This document shows positions 46,181 to 55,493 of a stretch of 64,000 nt of DNA, in pieces. A program made the translations under genes and the position numbers. Under the pieces are notes generated by a model. That model made no database searches, had not been told where the DNA came from, and saw only the letters and a list, made by a program, of their open reading frames with translations. The DNA comes from a virus. Taxonomy: Duplodnaviria > Heunggongvirae > Uroviricota > Caudoviricetes. The DNA is taken from the IMG/VR virus record IMGVR_UViG_3300028549_001428. One strand, written 5' to 3'. Position 1 is the first letter of the stretch. Each line of letters begins with the position of its first letter.

Positions 46181-46936
46181 ATGAATAAGAAATTCCCAAT
46201 TAATTACGGTAAAGATGAACTTGAATTTATTTTTAACATGTGTGCAATGAGTCCATACATTAAGAATAATTCTGATTATAAAAAGAAAGCATCTGAAACT
46301 CGAATTGTTTTATCCGATACTACACTTGTGAATGCGTTTGCATCTGGATCGAATGGATCATTCAAAATTCAGATGAATTCTGGCTTGTGTAATATCTATG
46401 TATTTATTGGATTGGCACTTGCTAAATACAGAGTCGATAATAATATTAATGACTTGATTCAAGCATGTAGATGGGCAGGTGAACGCACCAATAAAAACCA
46501 ATATCATTTCAGCAAAGAAATGATAGCTGAAGGTATCGCTGAATTTAATTATTCAGAAAGTGATCCATTCATGCATGATGCTGGTTCATATTTCACAGGG
46601 CTTGCGTTAAGCGTTTGTGGGCATGAATTAGGGCATATTTGTTGCGGTCATACTCTGAACCAATCTGTTAGCGATCAGACCTCCAGAAACGACGAAAGAA
46701 CCGCTGATTTGTTTGCACAGTCAATCATCGCAACAACTCCATTCGGTAGCTATCTAATTCTGTCATCTATGTTTGTCGAAATCGTATTTGCATGGATGAG
46801 TCCAAATGAAGCCGATTCCCCTGCTACAACACATCCGTATAGCCGTGAACGTGCATATAACATATTAACAAGTCATGAAGAATATCTTCAATCTATAGGA
46901 ATCAATAAGTCAAATATTGATGACTTTCTACCTTGA
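46181..46936 (+). CDS. Zincin metallopeptidase (M48/Lit-like)
   Basis: NAFA, HELGHICCGH, ERTADLFA and THP. Confidence 0.75.
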   Translation: MNKKFPINYGKDELEFIFNMCAMSPYIKNNSDYKKKASETRIVLSDTTLVNAFASGSNGSFKIQMNSGLCNIYVFIGLALAKYRVDNNINDLIQACRWAGERTNKNQYHFSKEMIAEGIAEFNYSESDPFMHDAGSYFTGLALSVCGHELGHICCGHTLNQSVSDQTSRNDERTADLFAQSIIATTPFGSYLILSSMFVEIVFAWMSPNEADSPATTHPYSRERAYNILTSHEEYLQSIGINKSNIDDFLP

Positions 46937-46945
46937 GAGGCATAA

Positions 46946-47320
46946 ATGAACATAGGAATTGACATACATGGAGTTCTTGATAAACATAGATTTTTTAAAA
47001 CTATGGGTAAAGTAATGAGAGAGGGTGGTTCTCATATTCATATCATAACAGGAACCACAACTGAATCAGCACTGAAAGACCTTGCCTTGCTTGGTATGAA
47101 GAAAGATATTCACTATGATTATCTTTTTTCGATTACTGATTATTTGATTGCGAAAGGCATTACAGTTGAATGGAAGGATGGAAACAATCCATTATTTCCA
47201 TATGAAGAATGGGATAAAGCAAAAGCTGAATATTGTGCTAGAAACAACATTGATATTCACTTCGATGATACAGTAAGATATGGAGAGTATTTCACTACTC
47301 CATTTGCTCTGGTTCGCTAA
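46946..47320 (+). CDS. HAD-superfamily hydrolase (5'-nucleotidase-like)
   Basis: IGIDIHGVLD, IITG, KAEYC and HFDD. Confidence 0.7.
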   Translation: MNIGIDIHGVLDKHRFFKTMGKVMREGGSHIHIITGTTTESALKDLALLGMKKDIHYDYLFSITDYLIAKGITVEWKDGNNPLFPYEEWDKAKAEYCARNNIDIHFDDTVRYGEYFTTPFALVR

Positions 47321-47600
47321 ATTTTATTCTATTCATTATATGTTCGGGAAGTATAGGTAACATTGATTCAACGTCTGCTTTCACTTCCTGAACATAATAA
47401 CAATCTAATACATCTTTACCACTTAATTTAGGAGCCGTGGATTCATCTAATCCTGGCTTTTTTATTTGTTCCTTTGGTATATCTATAATCGAAGTGTAAC
47501 CACTTTCTGGTTCTGCGTCTTCAACCATTATTAATAAACCTTCGGAATCAAATGTAATTGCTTCTTTTAGTGTAGCGTATGAGAAAAAATTAGGTGGCAT
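47295..47600 (-). CDS. Hypothetical late protein
   Basis: TTATAAAC box at 47608-47615. Confidence 0.5.
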   Translation of the reverse strand: MPPNFFSYATLKEAITFDSEGLLIMVEDAEPESGYTSIIDIPKEQIKKPGLDESTAPKLSGKDVLDCYYVQEVKADVESMLPILPEHIMNRIKFSEPEQME

Positions 47601-47613
47601 ATTTTTAGTTTAT

Positions 47614-47640
47614 AAAAAAAGCCTACGTAAGTAGGCTTTT
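47614..47640. terminator. Intrinsic terminator
   Basis: A7-GCCTAC-GTAA-GTAGGC-T4. Confidence 0.8.
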
Positions 47641-47642
47641 AT

Positions 47643-48611
47643 TTATTTTTCGGTTAATACTACACCATTCGGTAATATTGCTTTTCGACTTTCTCCAACC
47701 ATTTTAATTGGAACTTCTTGAATTACAAAATCATCACCATGAACAAAAACCAATCCAAATCCTAATACATGATTTGTTGGTTGACCACCATGCCAACCCA
47801 TTTCAGTCTTTGCAAGTGAACCAAATGACCATGCTGATACAGATTCACTAGTAATTGGATTTCTATTTGTGTAATGCTGTGATCTATGTGTATGAGCATG
47901 CACAATTGAATAACCACCAGATATCATTTCCAAATGCACTTTAGCTGAGTTCTTAGAGATAGACCAGCCATGAATACATAATAGTTTTGGAGTTAATTGT
48001 AACACACCCTCAGTAACGCTTTCATTTCCATATGGAAGTACATGAACACCCAACTCTTCGTATACATCGGTAGGTAATAGTTCATTATAGATATGTATTG
48101 CAAGATCATTACCAAAACCAGCACCCTTCATAATATCTTTCGCAATCTTTTTGTTTAATCTATTTTCATGATTACCCAATAAAGAATAGAAATTTGCATT
48201 TGGACATGACTTCATTGCTGGCTTCCAGAAATCTTCAATCGCCCATTCAATTTCTTCTGCATATTCAGGAACACGTTCAAATACGGAAGATGATGGATGT
48301 GATGACATACTACCACATTCAAGTAAATCACCCATCTGAACAACTTTAGTTACGTTATATGCCTTATTTAATATCGGCAATGCTTTCATACATAAATCAA
48401 ATGCTTTCTTATCTCGCATATATGAATGTACATCTGGTATCAATATAAAACATTGGTCATGTTCATCTGATTTACGTTTACTTACCTTTTCTTGAGGTAA
48501 AGGTTTTATTGCCTTTTCTTCTCTAAATTTTTCAGTTTTAGCCTTGTCACTAGCTTTAAAGGCTTTCCGTTCCATATGTTTTTCAAGTAATTTTTTTACT
48601 CCGCTTGCCAT
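47643..48611 (-). CDS. Calcineurin-like metallophosphoesterase
   Basis: PDVH, MGD, GNHE, HGW and HAHTH; start moved to MASGV (GAGG SD). Confidence 0.85.
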   Translation of the reverse strand: MASGVKKLLEKHMERKAFKASDKAKTEKFREEKAIKPLPQEKVSKRKSDEHDQCFILIPDVHSYMRDKKAFDLCMKALPILNKAYNVTKVVQMGDLLECGSMSSHPSSSVFERVPEYAEEIEWAIEDFWKPAMKSCPNANFYSLLGNHENRLNKKIAKDIMKGAGFGNDLAIHIYNELLPTDVYEELGVHVLPYGNESVTEGVLQLTPKLLCIHGWSISKNSAKVHLEMISGGYSIVHAHTHRSQHYTNRNPITSESVSAWSFGSLAKTEMGWHGGQPTNHVLGFGLVFVHGDDFVIQEVPIKMVGESRKAILPNGVVLTEK

Positions 48612-48625
48612 ACTATTCCTCGTTG

Positions 48626-49258
48626 TTAATTTAACCATAACTGAACAGGAGTAGTATCCCAATCAGTATTAAATTGATTTACATATACATAACCATTATT
48701 TTTCAGCCCATTAATAGTATCTTTATCGGACACATCAGGAACAACAAACATAGCAGGGGCAACTGTTTCTAATAATCTACGCAATTCACCAGCGATGCCC
48801 ATTTGTTTATACTCATCAATAACAGTAAAAAATTCTTGTTGTATTCTATTTTCTAGATTGGTTGCCGCTTTCAATGAATAAAAATCTAATGGTGTTATAC
48901 CCATATAATTTTCAACCGTAGGATCAACTATTGTAGCAACTCCTACTGGTATATTTTGTTCGGTTACATACGCAACAGCTAATGATGCTAACAATTTATC
49001 TATTGTATTCGGACCTTTGGTTGTGGTAGTGTCCGTCTCTGGTGTATCTAAGTTGTTTTTCTTATCAATTATATCAGACAATTGATATAATACATCATCG
49101 GGTAAATCTGATGGATTTACAATCGTTGATTCAAATCTATTAGAATCAAATGGATGTGACTGTTTCTGTCCCTCTTCCTTTACATTATATTCTACACTTT
49201 CATTAAACGATTTTAAATCACCTAGTGTTAAAAAATCATGTATTTTTGTTGTTTTCAT
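48626..49258 (-). CDS. Hypothetical protein, possible GNAT fold
   Basis: VIDEYKQMGIAGEL resembles the acetyl-CoA binding motif; ATATAAAC box at 49289-49296. Confidence 0.45.
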   Translation of the reverse strand: MKTTKIHDFLTLGDLKSFNESVEYNVKEEGQKQSHPFDSNRFESTIVNPSDLPDDVLYQLSDIIDKKNNLDTPETDTTTTKGPNTIDKLLASLAVAYVTEQNIPVGVATIVDPTVENYMGITPLDFYSLKAATNLENRIQQEFFTVIDEYKQMGIAGELRRLLETVAPAMFVVPDVSDKDTINGLKNNGYVYVNQFNTDWDTTPVQLWLN

Positions 49259-49439
49259 TAACTTAATTTCCAGCTATATTTAAGCAATGTTTATATTTAC
49301 ATTGTTGTTTAACTAAATATAACATAAATTGTTACATTATATATAATTTTTTTGTGTTATTTTTGTACACATGGTGTTCCACATTTAAACAGACACTATT
49401 TTACCCCCGAAATACATACAAAATTACATGATATTTATT

Positions 49440-49455
49440 TGGCACGTATATTGCT
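49440..49455 (+). promoter_or_regulatory. Sigma54 (-24/-12) promoter
   Basis: TGGCACG-TATA-TTGCT matches the consensus TGGCACG-N4-TTGCW, 63 nt before the Hsp20 ATG. Confidence 0.8.
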
Positions 49456-49518
49456 CTTATATAATTCAGAAAACGTGATATGTACGTTTTCTAATTAACA
49501 CAAATACAAGGAGAAAAA

Positions 49519-49893
49519 ATGCGTGTACTATCTATGACAAATCTATTAGACGAATTGGTATCTGAATCATTTGGCTACGTCCAACCAAACAATGATTATA
49601 TTGTTGAGAAGGATGATTCATTTGAAATTGAAATCGATATACCAGGTGTTACTAAAGAAGACATCGAACTTAGTGTCGAGGATGATTATCTAACAATTAT
49701 AGCAGATAGAAAGCCTAGTGCTTCTACTGGTAAAGTTATTAAATCATCTAAGAGTAAAGGATATCTCAATTCATATAAGTTAGGTGCTGGAGTCAGTCAA
49801 ACAGAGATCAAAGCTAAATATGAAAATGGAGTTCTTAAAGTTATTGTTGGTAAAAAACAGAAACCTAAAGAAAACAAAATAGTAGTTGAATAA
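49519..49893 (+). CDS. Small heat-shock protein (Hsp20)
   Basis: DIPGVTKEDI, LTI and IKAKYENGVLKV; AAGGAG SD. Confidence 0.92.
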   Translation: MRVLSMTNLLDELVSESFGYVQPNNDYIVEKDDSFEIEIDIPGVTKEDIELSVEDDYLTIIADRKPSASTGKVIKSSKSKGYLNSYKLGAGVSQTEIKAKYENGVLKVIVGKKQKPKENKIVVE

Positions 49894-49923
49894 AAAAAAG
49901 CCCATGTAACAATGGGCTTTTTT
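49892..49923. terminator. Bidirectional intrinsic terminator
   Basis: A8-GCCCAT-GTAACA-ATGGGC-T6. Confidence 0.8.
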
Positions 49924-49924
49924 G

Positions 49925-50164
49925 TTAGATTAATTTATACCATATAAATCCACAAGTCAGTAAAATAGAACCAAAAAATATAATTAAGAAAATAAAAAGC
50001 GATCCCCACCATACTAATTTTCGTATATTAAATTCATCTAACATCTCATTATATATACCAAAAAATGTAGCAATTATCATTAATTCATTAAGGATTGCCA
50101 ATAATGCCAATTGTAGAATATTGTAATAATTCTGTCCGTAGTCTCTATAAATCTTTTTTATCAT
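49925..50164 (-). CDS. Small membrane protein, two TM helices
   Basis: Two hydrophobic segments. Confidence 0.5.
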   Translation of the reverse strand: MIKKIYRDYGQNYYNILQLALLAILNELMIIATFFGIYNEMLDEFNIRKLVWWGSLFIFLIIFFGSILLTCGFIWYKLI

Positions 50165-50168
50165 TGTA

Positions 50169-50654
50169 TTAACCTATTTTATTTATATCCATTAACATAT
50201 CAAAACTCAAATTTTCCATGTATTCTATAGCATTGGGATTTTTGTTCACGATACCAATTCTTAGTTTATCAATAATAGCCATAGCATTTGAAGTTTCTTC
50301 ATTGTTCCATGTATTATTAGAAAAATCTATTCTTGATTCATACTCATCTAACTCCGATAAATCTAACGATCCTAATATAATACAATCCAATAAATACGAC
50401 AACCACATTTTTCGGAATAAGTTCTTTTCAGGTAATCTTAAATCGGATACAATGCCTATTTCTTCTGCTACTAACTGACTCATCAACTTTTTATTTTTTA
50501 GTATTTCTATTACTAACAAATAATATTTTCTATACTCATAATCATTAATTAAATCATTGTTATAAGAACCATATATAGATATCATATCATCTTTAGGTAT
50601 AAACCCGATATAATATAACTCACGGATAGCTAAGTTCCAAAATTTATCGGTCAT
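50169..50654 (-). CDS. Hypothetical protein
   Basis: Start overlaps the upstream stop. Confidence 0.5.
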   Translation of the reverse strand: MTDKFWNLAIRELYYIGFIPKDDMISIYGSYNNDLINDYEYRKYYLLVIEILKNKKLMSQLVAEEIGIVSDLRLPEKNLFRKMWLSYLLDCIILGSLDLSELDEYESRIDFSNNTWNNEETSNAMAIIDKLRIGIVNKNPNAIEYMENLSFDMLMDINKIG

Positions 50655-51083
50655 TATTCACCTAATCTATACAACTTAATTATTTTACCAGCTCCAGAAT
50701 TTACATCGGCTCCTATGATTGCTAAGTTTTCTTCACCATCTAGGAATAAACATGCTTTATCATCAATATAAATATCAGCATAAATTTTTCTGCTTAGTTT
50801 AATACCTGGATATTTAGATTCATTCAAGTTCTCATTAATTGCATCAAACTCTAATCCAAACTGACGACACCATTCAACAGCATCATCCAAATCATGATCA
50901 TTATTAAATCCCATATCAGGAATACTAGAATTTGATCTGCATGTCCATAATATTAATTTATGTCCATCATTCCGCAATTCCTTTAGCATATTAATTAACC
51001 ACATTCTAGGAGTGCCAATATCAGGATAATTATTTCCAACACACCGTGCCATCAAAATCAACTGCAATTATCAATTTCTTCAT
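50654..51083 (-). pseudogene. HAD-family hydrolase with a one-base insertion near 51045
   Basis: ATG 51083 gives MKKLIIAVDFDGT. Removing one G restores CVGNNYPDIG...LILWTCR...KIYADIYIDDK. Confidence 0.75.
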
Positions 51084-51140
51084 TTTTAGATCCCTAACAA
51101 TATATCTTTATATAAAAGATACTATATTTGCGAGGTAATT

Positions 51141-51416
51141 GTGTTAAGTATTGAAAATATATTAGATAAATATGATAACGTATATGTATGGGAAGATGGC
51201 GTAACACTAGATGTATGTCATGAAAATACATCATTTCTTGAGATACTTAAACATAGCAAATGCCTTGTATGTGATTCCAGTTTAATAACTGGAAATGAAT
51301 CTTTTATATCACATATATCAGATACGGTAAAAGGTGCTAAGATTAGATGTAAAGAATGTAATCAAAAATATTTTTTACATATTTTCGTGTCTATGAGTAG
51401 CGTTAGTCCAAATTAG
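51141..51416 (+). CDS. Small Zn-binding protein
   Basis: CLVC...CKEC; GAGG SD and GTG start. Confidence 0.5.
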   Translation: MLSIENILDKYDNVYVWEDGVTLDVCHENTSFLEILKHSKCLVCDSSLITGNESFISHISDTVKGAKIRCKECNQKYFLHIFVSMSSVSPN

Positions 51417-52284
51417 TTAAGAAATCAAGCGTTAGTGGATCGTTCTCTAACATTGCACTAAATAATTCAACTTGATCAGCTAAATATAGTATAAAACTTT
51501 CACCGCTATATTTATTTGCTGGTCTATCATGCTCTATATGTTTTATACCACTTTTCATATCTGGTAATAATACAACCTTGACACCGCTTAAATATGACTG
51601 AATACCAATAAATCCATCTTCACCACCCCAAGTACCTAAAAAATTACTGTGGAATACTTCATCGATTCCATAATATTTTTTATTTATATACTTGAGTAAT
51701 TTTATAGCCTTCAAATTAAATCCTATATTACAACTCCACGTAATTGCAGATGTTTTAAATAGGTCAATTGTAGAAATTATTTGTGGGGTGTTTCCTTTAA
51801 ATAATCCATATCTAGCTAAATTATTAACCACTTCTCTTTGATCTTTATAACCATGCTTTGATTCACGCCTTCTACCAATGGATACCATTGGGTAATTGGT
51901 GGAATGAGCTTCCATATGTGATTTAATTAAATCCTCTTGAGGAACACAATCACCATCTATGCATACAAATGAATCACACCCATCATTAATAGCATCATTT
52001 ATAGCTATATTTCGTCGATGCCCTGTTAAAAATAAACTTTGTAATGGTGTTATGTTTGGTCTACCTACGAATTCGGGTATTTCTTGTACATTATATACTT
52101 TATAGGTATTTTTTAACCCATTTTTAGTACATTGCTTCTTTACCTGTTGATATTCCAACGCTAATGGTCGATCCATCATAACATATACAATATAGGGATT
52201 AATGGTTAGATTTTCAATCGCAACCATCATTTTTTCCCAATATTGTGCTTGTTTATGTAGTGGTATAATTAGAGCAACTTTCAT
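51403..52284 (-). CDS. GT2-family glycosyltransferase
   Basis: RNIAI, CIDGDCVP, WSCNIG and WGGED. Confidence 0.8.
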   Translation of the reverse strand: MKVALIIPLHKQAQYWEKMMVAIENLTINPYIVYVMMDRPLALEYQQVKKQCTKNGLKNTYKVYNVQEIPEFVGRPNITPLQSLFLTGHRRNIAINDAINDGCDSFVCIDGDCVPQEDLIKSHMEAHSTNYPMVSIGRRRESKHGYKDQREVVNNLARYGLFKGNTPQIISTIDLFKTSAITWSCNIGFNLKAIKLLKYINKKYYGIDEVFHSNFLGTWGGEDGFIGIQSYLSGVKVVLLPDMKSGIKHIEHDRPANKYSGESFILYLADQVELFSAMLENDPLTLDFLTNLD

Positions 52285-52301
52285 ACCCTAAATATACATT
52301 A

Positions 52302-55300
52302 TTACCCAAACATATTAGCAAAGGTTTCTGATATCTTTGTAACCGATACTTGAGTCGATACTGATAATCTAGGTCCCATTGCAGGTGTCCATAATTTTGC
52401 GGTTAGCATAGCACTATTACCAGGATCACCACCGTTACCTAATTGAACAATTCGACTACCCTCACTTATTACAGATACTATACTTAATCTTTCCCAATTA
52501 CCGTCACTAGTAGTAATCTCACCTGTCCAATCATTATCAACGCTACTCCAATACTTTCTACCTTTCATTAATATACAAGCAGAATTAGATATCTGTTCAG
52601 ATGTAGGTAAATCTATAGTAGATGGCCATATAACCATTACATTACCAGAACCAATAGAATAATAATACTGCACATCTTCAGGTAGTGCATAATTTGCTTT
52701 CTGTTGAATATCTGATACTAGTAATGTTAAATAACCACTAGATTCCGCATTCGCTCTCTTATATAATCCACTTATTTTTGGAGTATCTATATTTGTTCCA
52801 CTAAGTCCATCTATTACCATCCATCCATATAAATCAGAATATACAGTAACTAGTGGAGTATAACTACCTCCATTTACAGAATATTCAATTATATAATCAC
52901 TAGGAGTTGGATTGGCTTTAATATTTATTGTTGTACTGCATGACATAGTTAAATCAGGTGTATTAGCACTCTTTGAACCACCCCATCCAATATCAAATGA
53001 ATTAAATACAATTTGATATCTATAACCATTTTCTATTAGAATACCATCAGTTGAATTTCGTAAATTTCCTGATATATCACTTAAATTTTCTGGAACACTT
53101 GAATCAGATGATTTTCTCCAAAAAATATCGTAATCATAACCAGTAATTGTCATACCAACATCAATACCTGTACCTGCTATGGCTGTGTCATCCAAATTAA
53201 GCGAAATATAATGATCACCCATCGACATATACATTAATGAAGATCCGTGTAATGTGTATACAGTTGATGATAATAACGTATTTGGTGAGTTATATGAACC
53301 CCACTTAACTTTAGCAATATTACCACTTGTAACATAATCAACCACTAATACATCACCTGTATGTGGTGTGTTATCGGTTAATTCAAATGTTCTATCAACT
53401 AATGTAAGCGAGTTCGTAATTAACGCATTCGATCTGAATTGTACTGTGTGATGATCACATGCAATAACAGCAACATTAGTGCAATTAGTTATATAATTAG
53501 CATCACCAAGTATTATACCACAATTGGTTGCGCATATAATTTTATTATCATATCCACCAATAATATTACATTGACTAGTAGAAGCAATATAATTACGATT
53601 ACCACCAATAATAATTGCATCAGTTACGCCACTCACATAATGATCAATACCTCCCATTATGACAGTATTACTAAAGGAATTCATTGAAGCATCGGTAGTT
53701 GCTATTAAAGCACCTCTAGAACCCGACTGAACGATTCCATTATATGCAGATAATATAGAAATTGTGTTTCCGTAATATGCATTACTATTCACTGATCCAG
53801 CTATAAAACTAGTATCTATATTATTATAAGTATAATAAGTACTTATGGTTAGTCCTGTTAATGCATTAGGTGTTAAATTAGTAATTATAGTATCAGTACC
53901 ATATAACTTTAATTTAACTGTGTTAGTATATATCTGTCCAGACACTGATACTACTGTATATCTATTTAATGAATTACCAATAACAATATACCCAACAGCC
54001 GTTGAAGTATCTATAGTGGTTGCACATACAACCGTATCATTTGTATTAGATATAATAGAAGTAGATGTATTAGTTGTATTTATTACTTTTATAGTAATTG
54101 CATCTGTATTACTTGTATTAAAATTCACCTGTGTACTATTTTTATCAACAAAATATAAAAACTTATTAGGTACATCGATATCATATATTCTATATTCTTC
54201 TGTATATGAAGTAAATTCAGCACCTGTTAATTTTACTAATTGACCAATCTTAAAGTCAGTTATATCACTAACACCTAATCTAATAGTTGTTTTTGATATA
54301 CTATCAACGCTATTAGGTAATATATAGTATCCAAGCGATGAATCTACACTAGCCGATATTGAAGCATTTTCACTATGCCATATATATGAGTTAGTTGAAC
54401 TTTCAATTGAAACTGCTGTGCTATTATATATAGTTAAATTTTTTGTTGTGTATGTTGATGCTATTATATTTGCGAATGTTGATTTACCAATTGAGCTATT
54501 CGTAGATATTGATACTAACGCATCTGTGCTGTCGCCTATTTCTATGTAGGATGATAAATTTATTCCACTGTATTTACCACCATATATATAGGAAGTTGCA
54601 CTATTATTAATAGCAGAAAAATTACCATCTTCTATATATCCATATACAGAACCAAATACAAATGATCCATATGAGTCAGTAACATTTTTATAAATATAAT
54701 TATCATGACCACCAATTATACCACTTTCAATAGAATTATATACTGCGTTTTCCTTACCTGCTAATATGAATACAAGTAATGCATCAGTTCCTATTATATT
54801 TGAATAACCACCATATATAGACGAATTATATGCATCGTATATATAGTTATTATAACCATTTAGTATATTAGAATGTGCAGATGATGACATACGAGAGCTA
54901 TATCCACCCATAATAACACCATAATTAGATGTATCTAATGTATGATCGCCACCTAATACAATTGCATATATACTATCATCAACGACCGATGATAAAACAG
55001 TTCCATCATCTGATGATACAATGGAACCAATTCCTTCAGTATCTCGTATATGTTTTAAATAACATACTTTAGTTAATTGTTCATCTAATTGCTCAAATGC
55101 AAGTTGTGCTGTTGCTCCATCATCTATATAATGGTAGTCTTTATCTTCTAAATTTATCCAATGAGTTCCTGATACATTAGCATCAGTATTACCTAACAAT
55201 TCCAGCGTTGGAATTGATCTTCGTATTCTATTAGTTCCACCATCTAATGTAGTATCATATTCAAACGTAACTATATAATTAGTTTTTTCATATGTATCAA

Positions 55301-55424
55301 TAACAGCATCAGTAACTGGTGTTGTATTTATGATAAGTTCTCTATCAAGGTTTCTACTTAAATCGGTAATGTCCGATTCACTTAATGGCGCAAGTAGATG
55401 TATTCCAGCTAATTTTTTTCTCAT
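52302..55424 (-). CDS. Tail fibre/spike-like protein with beta-helix repeats
   Basis: Many S.I.GG..N.I repeats; Ser/Thr/Asn-rich; TTATAAAC box at 55451-55458. Confidence 0.6.
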   Translation of the reverse strand: MRKKLAGIHLLAPLSESDITDLSRNLDRELIINTTPVTDAVIDTYEKTNYIVTFEYDTTLDGGTNRIRRSIPTLELLGNTDANVSGTHWINLEDKDYHYIDDGATAQLAFEQLDEQLTKVCYLKHIRDTEGIGSIVSSDDGTVLSSVVDDSIYAIVLGGDHTLDTSNYGVIMGGYSSRMSSSAHSNILNGYNNYIYDAYNSSIYGGYSNIIGTDALLVFILAGKENAVYNSIESGIIGGHDNYIYKNVTDSYGSFVFGSVYGYIEDGNFSAINNSATSYIYGGKYSGINLSSYIEIGDSTDALVSISTNSSIGKSTFANIIASTYTTKNLTIYNSTAVSIESSTNSYIWHSENASISASVDSSLGYYILPNSVDSISKTTIRLGVSDITDFKIGQLVKLTGAEFTSYTEEYRIYDIDVPNKFLYFVDKNSTQVNFNTSNTDAITIKVINTTNTSTSIISNTNDTVVCATTIDTSTAVGYIVIGNSLNRYTVVSVSGQIYTNTVKLKLYGTDTIITNLTPNALTGLTISTYYTYNNIDTSFIAGSVNSNAYYGNTISILSAYNGIVQSGSRGALIATTDASMNSFSNTVIMGGIDHYVSGVTDAIIIGGNRNYIASTSQCNIIGGYDNKIICATNCGIILGDANYITNCTNVAVIACDHHTVQFRSNALITNSLTLVDRTFELTDNTPHTGDVLVVDYVTSGNIAKVKWGSYNSPNTLLSSTVYTLHGSSLMYMSMGDHYISLNLDDTAIAGTGIDVGMTITGYDYDIFWRKSSDSSVPENLSDISGNLRNSTDGILIENGYRYQIVFNSFDIGWGGSKSANTPDLTMSCSTTINIKANPTPSDYIIEYSVNGGSYTPLVTVYSDLYGWMVIDGLSGTNIDTPKISGLYKRANAESSGYLTLLVSDIQQKANYALPEDVQYYYSIGSGNVMVIWPSTIDLPTSEQISNSACILMKGRKYWSSVDNDWTGEITTSDGNWERLSIVSVISEGSRIVQLGNGGDPGNSAMLTAKLWTPAMGPRLSVSTQVSVTKISETFANMFG

Positions 55425-55463
55425 AATTCAAGTCCAATCTATTACAGATAGTTTATAAAAAAC

Positions 55464-55493
55464 AAAAATCCCCCATATGGGGGATTTTTTTTT
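55464..55493. terminator. Intrinsic terminator
   Basis: A5-TCCCCC-ATAT-GGGGGA-T9. Confidence 0.8.

Noticed and set aside
51040-51050. Programmed frameshift in the HAD gene
   Set aside because: No slippery heptamer; a single extra G explains it, so mutation or sequencing error is simpler.
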